A stretch of 61,279 nt of DNA, filler included. It is 7 parts of 7 records of this genome, joined end to end, with 100 filler letters (N's around TTAATTAATTAA, not from the genome) between each part and the next. Parts side by side here need not be neighbours in the genome. Positions count along the whole stretch, not along the records: positions 54,794 to 61,279 come from SRR7504441_2815; 6 more parts are not named here. One strand, written 5' to 3'. Under the pieces are notes generated by a model, which was given only the letters and a program-made list of their open reading frames with translations, did not search any database and had not been told where the DNA came from. How positions within the stretch are numbered: the first letter of the stretch is position 1; each line of letters opens with the position of its first letter. Position numbers and translations under genes: made by a program. Positions 58,601 through 61,279 of this stretch are shown here, one piece after another.

Positions 58601-60977
58601 CCGCCGCTCTCCTTTTCTGTTCATGAGACTGCCATGCAGCTCATAAGGAAGAAGATGCTCAACAACGAGCAGCCAGAAATGGAAGAGGTCCATCCTAAGT
58701 AGATGCGTTGAGTCAAACGATTCCCTGCAGATATTAGAAGGGATAGAGCCACTCAGCGAAGAGGAAGCCAAACGGCTTCGCAGTATGGGGGAGTTGATGT
58801 TCAAGCAGGCAAGAGAAGGGCTCTTTTCGTACAAGGTCTGGCTAAAACATGTCCTCTGGCCTCATTAATGTCTGTTTGTCAGCCACCCGAGAGCGGCACA
58901 TCTGACCTATTGCAACGCCGCAACAATTTGGCGAACAACATGGTGACTCATTGACGCTGGCCAAGTGAAATTTGTGGCACAGGCTGACAATTTAGAGCCT
59001 GCTGGTGCCAGACGCACGAACACAGGTATCGACGAGAAGAACGATCTAGCACAACGCCAACAATATGCTATGCGTATGTGGCAACCTAAGGGGATTGTAG
59101 TTGCCACCCTGCAAGAGCACACTGCAGCAGTCCGGTGTGCAATGCAAGAACTATAGACGATTAAGTTCTTCCGCAGGCATCTGTGTGCATCAGATGATGG
59201 TACATTTTTTGTGTCTGGGTCAGACGACACCACTGTTCGGATTTGGTGCACGGAGCACCTTGAAGACGACAAGGAACTCGTCCACCCCATGGCAGGGAGT
59301 GTGACTGCATTGACTATATGCGAAAAGATGCGTGCTTTCTCTGCTGCAGACGACACTGGCCAGGCATTCCTGACTAGACCTGCAAATTCACACGGGAATG
59401 CCAGGTGTGTACATTTGCGGTTGACTTTGTGCAACCATTACGCGGTACCAATGCTGGACGCGGCAAAAATAATCAATGTGCTCAAGGGTAAGTTTTAGTA
59501 TGTTTTGCGTGCTCTGTATTGGTCACATTTTTTCAGTACTATTCTTTTGCAGGCTGGCTGTGCAGAAGCTGCCACGCAATACAGACAATAGCTTCGTTCT
59601 GGCTATGGAGCATTTTAGTTTTGGGAATAGTTCGCTGCTTGCACTTTGTACAACTGCAGGAGAAATCGAAGGCTGGGACCTTCGAGCGCCCACACAGGTG
59701 TTCGCTCAACCTAAGGGTCCATGTTGCCTCGAATTCAGACGTTGCGGGGGCTCTTCAGGCATGGTGCCTCAAAGGGCCACTAGGAAGCGGTGCATTGACG
59801 TCGCTATGCGTTTCACCACAGAGGTCATGACCTCTGACAGAATCTATAGATTACGCTGACATCTGATCGCAGGTTCTGGGCTGCTGGTGGCTCTTGTCGA
59901 GGGGTTTTGCAGTGCTGGGATCTTCGGTTCCAGGTGTCAGTGCAACTGGCATCACCTAACTATTTTCTTTCAGGTAATGGCATCGCAATGGAAAGATCCC
60001 AGGGAGAATCCGATAGCGAAGCTTCAAGGGCAGCCCTGCTCTAGCCCAGATTTCAGTACACCTCCGGTGTGTGATTAATTAATGCAGGCCAGGCTGAATC
60101 AGTGTCGATGCTCTCTTCTGTCATTCTCATTCGACTCGACTGTTGTGACAGATAGTGATATCATCCAGCTCAAGGAGCAACGATATCTTGGTCTGGGATG
60201 TTGAGAGTGGAAGCTGCATCCAAGTACTGCGAGCAATGAATGAAGAGTTGCAGATCCTTCAGGACGAGCCACCACCTGAGGTGAGTTCCTATACAGTTGA
60301 TTCTACTGCAGGGCTTCTACACATGAATTCTGCATGCTAGTAACGAATCACTGAAAATGACTGATCTTGGCGATGGCCCCTGGCAGCAGAACTTATCCAG
60401 CCTGCCCCATGCGGAAGCGAGATCGAGAGGAATCTTTGATTATCGTGCACACAATCTTCCAGACGGAAGCAGTCCTGATTCGATGGTGAAAGGCAGCGCT
60501 AGCCTGCATCCACAGGGGCCACAGGCTGGATCTATTAGAGCAATGTATGCTCCAAGTGACAGCACAGCGATCTTGAGTGGTAGCTCGGATGCTTGTATCC
60601 GATATTGGAACACGGTCACCCTACCCTGGTCAACAAGCTGCATCATGAATGCATTGCTCTTGCAGGTGAATCTCCAGGAGTGTCACACTGTGAGCTCGAG
60701 CACAGGGCATCCAACGCGATACACCCAGACACAGAGCTCAGACCGGTACTATCAAGGTGCCATGGTCTTTGAAGAAGTTCCAATGGAAAGTCCGGACTTA
60801 GAATCGCACAGAGATCCATCGGGGAGCCAGCTCCCTATGCCAAATCCTCATCACAAAGATGCAATTTTAGGGATATCGGTAGTGGATGTACCTGCGCATT
60901 TGCTGCGAGAAGATTGTGCATCGGCGCGATTGTTACTTTCGAGCTCAAGAGATGGGGTCATAAAGGTTTGGAAGTGA
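55601..60977 (+). CDS. VPS15: VPS15 / PIK3R4 (kinase-like + HEAT + WD40), many short introns
   Basis: MGN start, [38 protein letters not shown]...[10 protein letters not shown]...[74 protein letters not shown]...[15 protein letters not shown]. Confidence 0.97.
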
Positions 60978-61279
60978 TTGCGGTGCGCATTGTGAGCATG
61001 TTCTTAATATTTGTGGTCACATTTGGCCCTACACTGTTTGGACAATCATTAAGACAATCATTATGTACCGTGATTAAGCTTATACCGTGATCATGATCGT
61101 CAATGAATACGCAGTACATACTCTGACATCAAGTCCTGAATGCTTTATTGAAACATCGAAATCACCTGCAGCTGCGGGTTTATTTCGAGATTCTCATGCG
61201 ACCTTTACCTCCATAATTAGATTATAATTATTGTTCGTTTGCTAACGATCTTGCCAACAAGATCGAGAGGCGCGTGCTA

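Noticed and set aside
1-61279. Transposons, introner families, viral genes, rRNA/tRNA genes, CRISPR arrays or prokaryotic operons
   Set aside because: No transposase, RT, capsid or Cas motifs, terminal repeats or recognisable structural RNA were seen by eye. Introns are not near-identical copies of one another.

Overview
This is gene-dense eukaryotic (protist-like) DNA, not prokaryotic. Seven contigs are joined by six artificial 100-nt N/TTAATTAATTAA/N spacers, so adjacency across spacers means nothing. Many genes are split by very short (mostly 35-50 nt), G-rich spliceosomal introns, a striking share with GC-AG ends, so the ORF track shows only fragments; gene models below were spliced by hand. 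About 27 protein genes are supported, including a FAAH2-like amidase, a PH-kinase, an ASCH protein, a C2-histidine phosphatase, HINT, CCDC57, MON1, RhoGAP, Gemin2, a GT25, a PUB/UBX protein, an R3HCC1-like protein, Mpv17, an MFS transporter, a class-3 lipase, a methyltransferase and VPS15. The top finding is a 10-exon gene (28551-31001, minus strand, ~674 aa) that fuses an intact acyl-protein thioesterase-like domain (candidate depalmitoylase) to an ankyrin region and a complete DHHC palmitoyltransferase: an apparent S-acylation writer-eraser in one polypeptide. Also notable are a ~2,650-aa polytopic cPLA2/patatin-like phospholipase with UVR and EF-hand inserts, a ~2,400-aa TPR/zinc-finger orphan, ~60-210-bp head-to-head gene spacers sharing a YAACGG motif, and a telomere-repeat insertion flanked by a 31-bp duplication inside an intron. 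Family calls rest on motif recognition only; no database searches were run.
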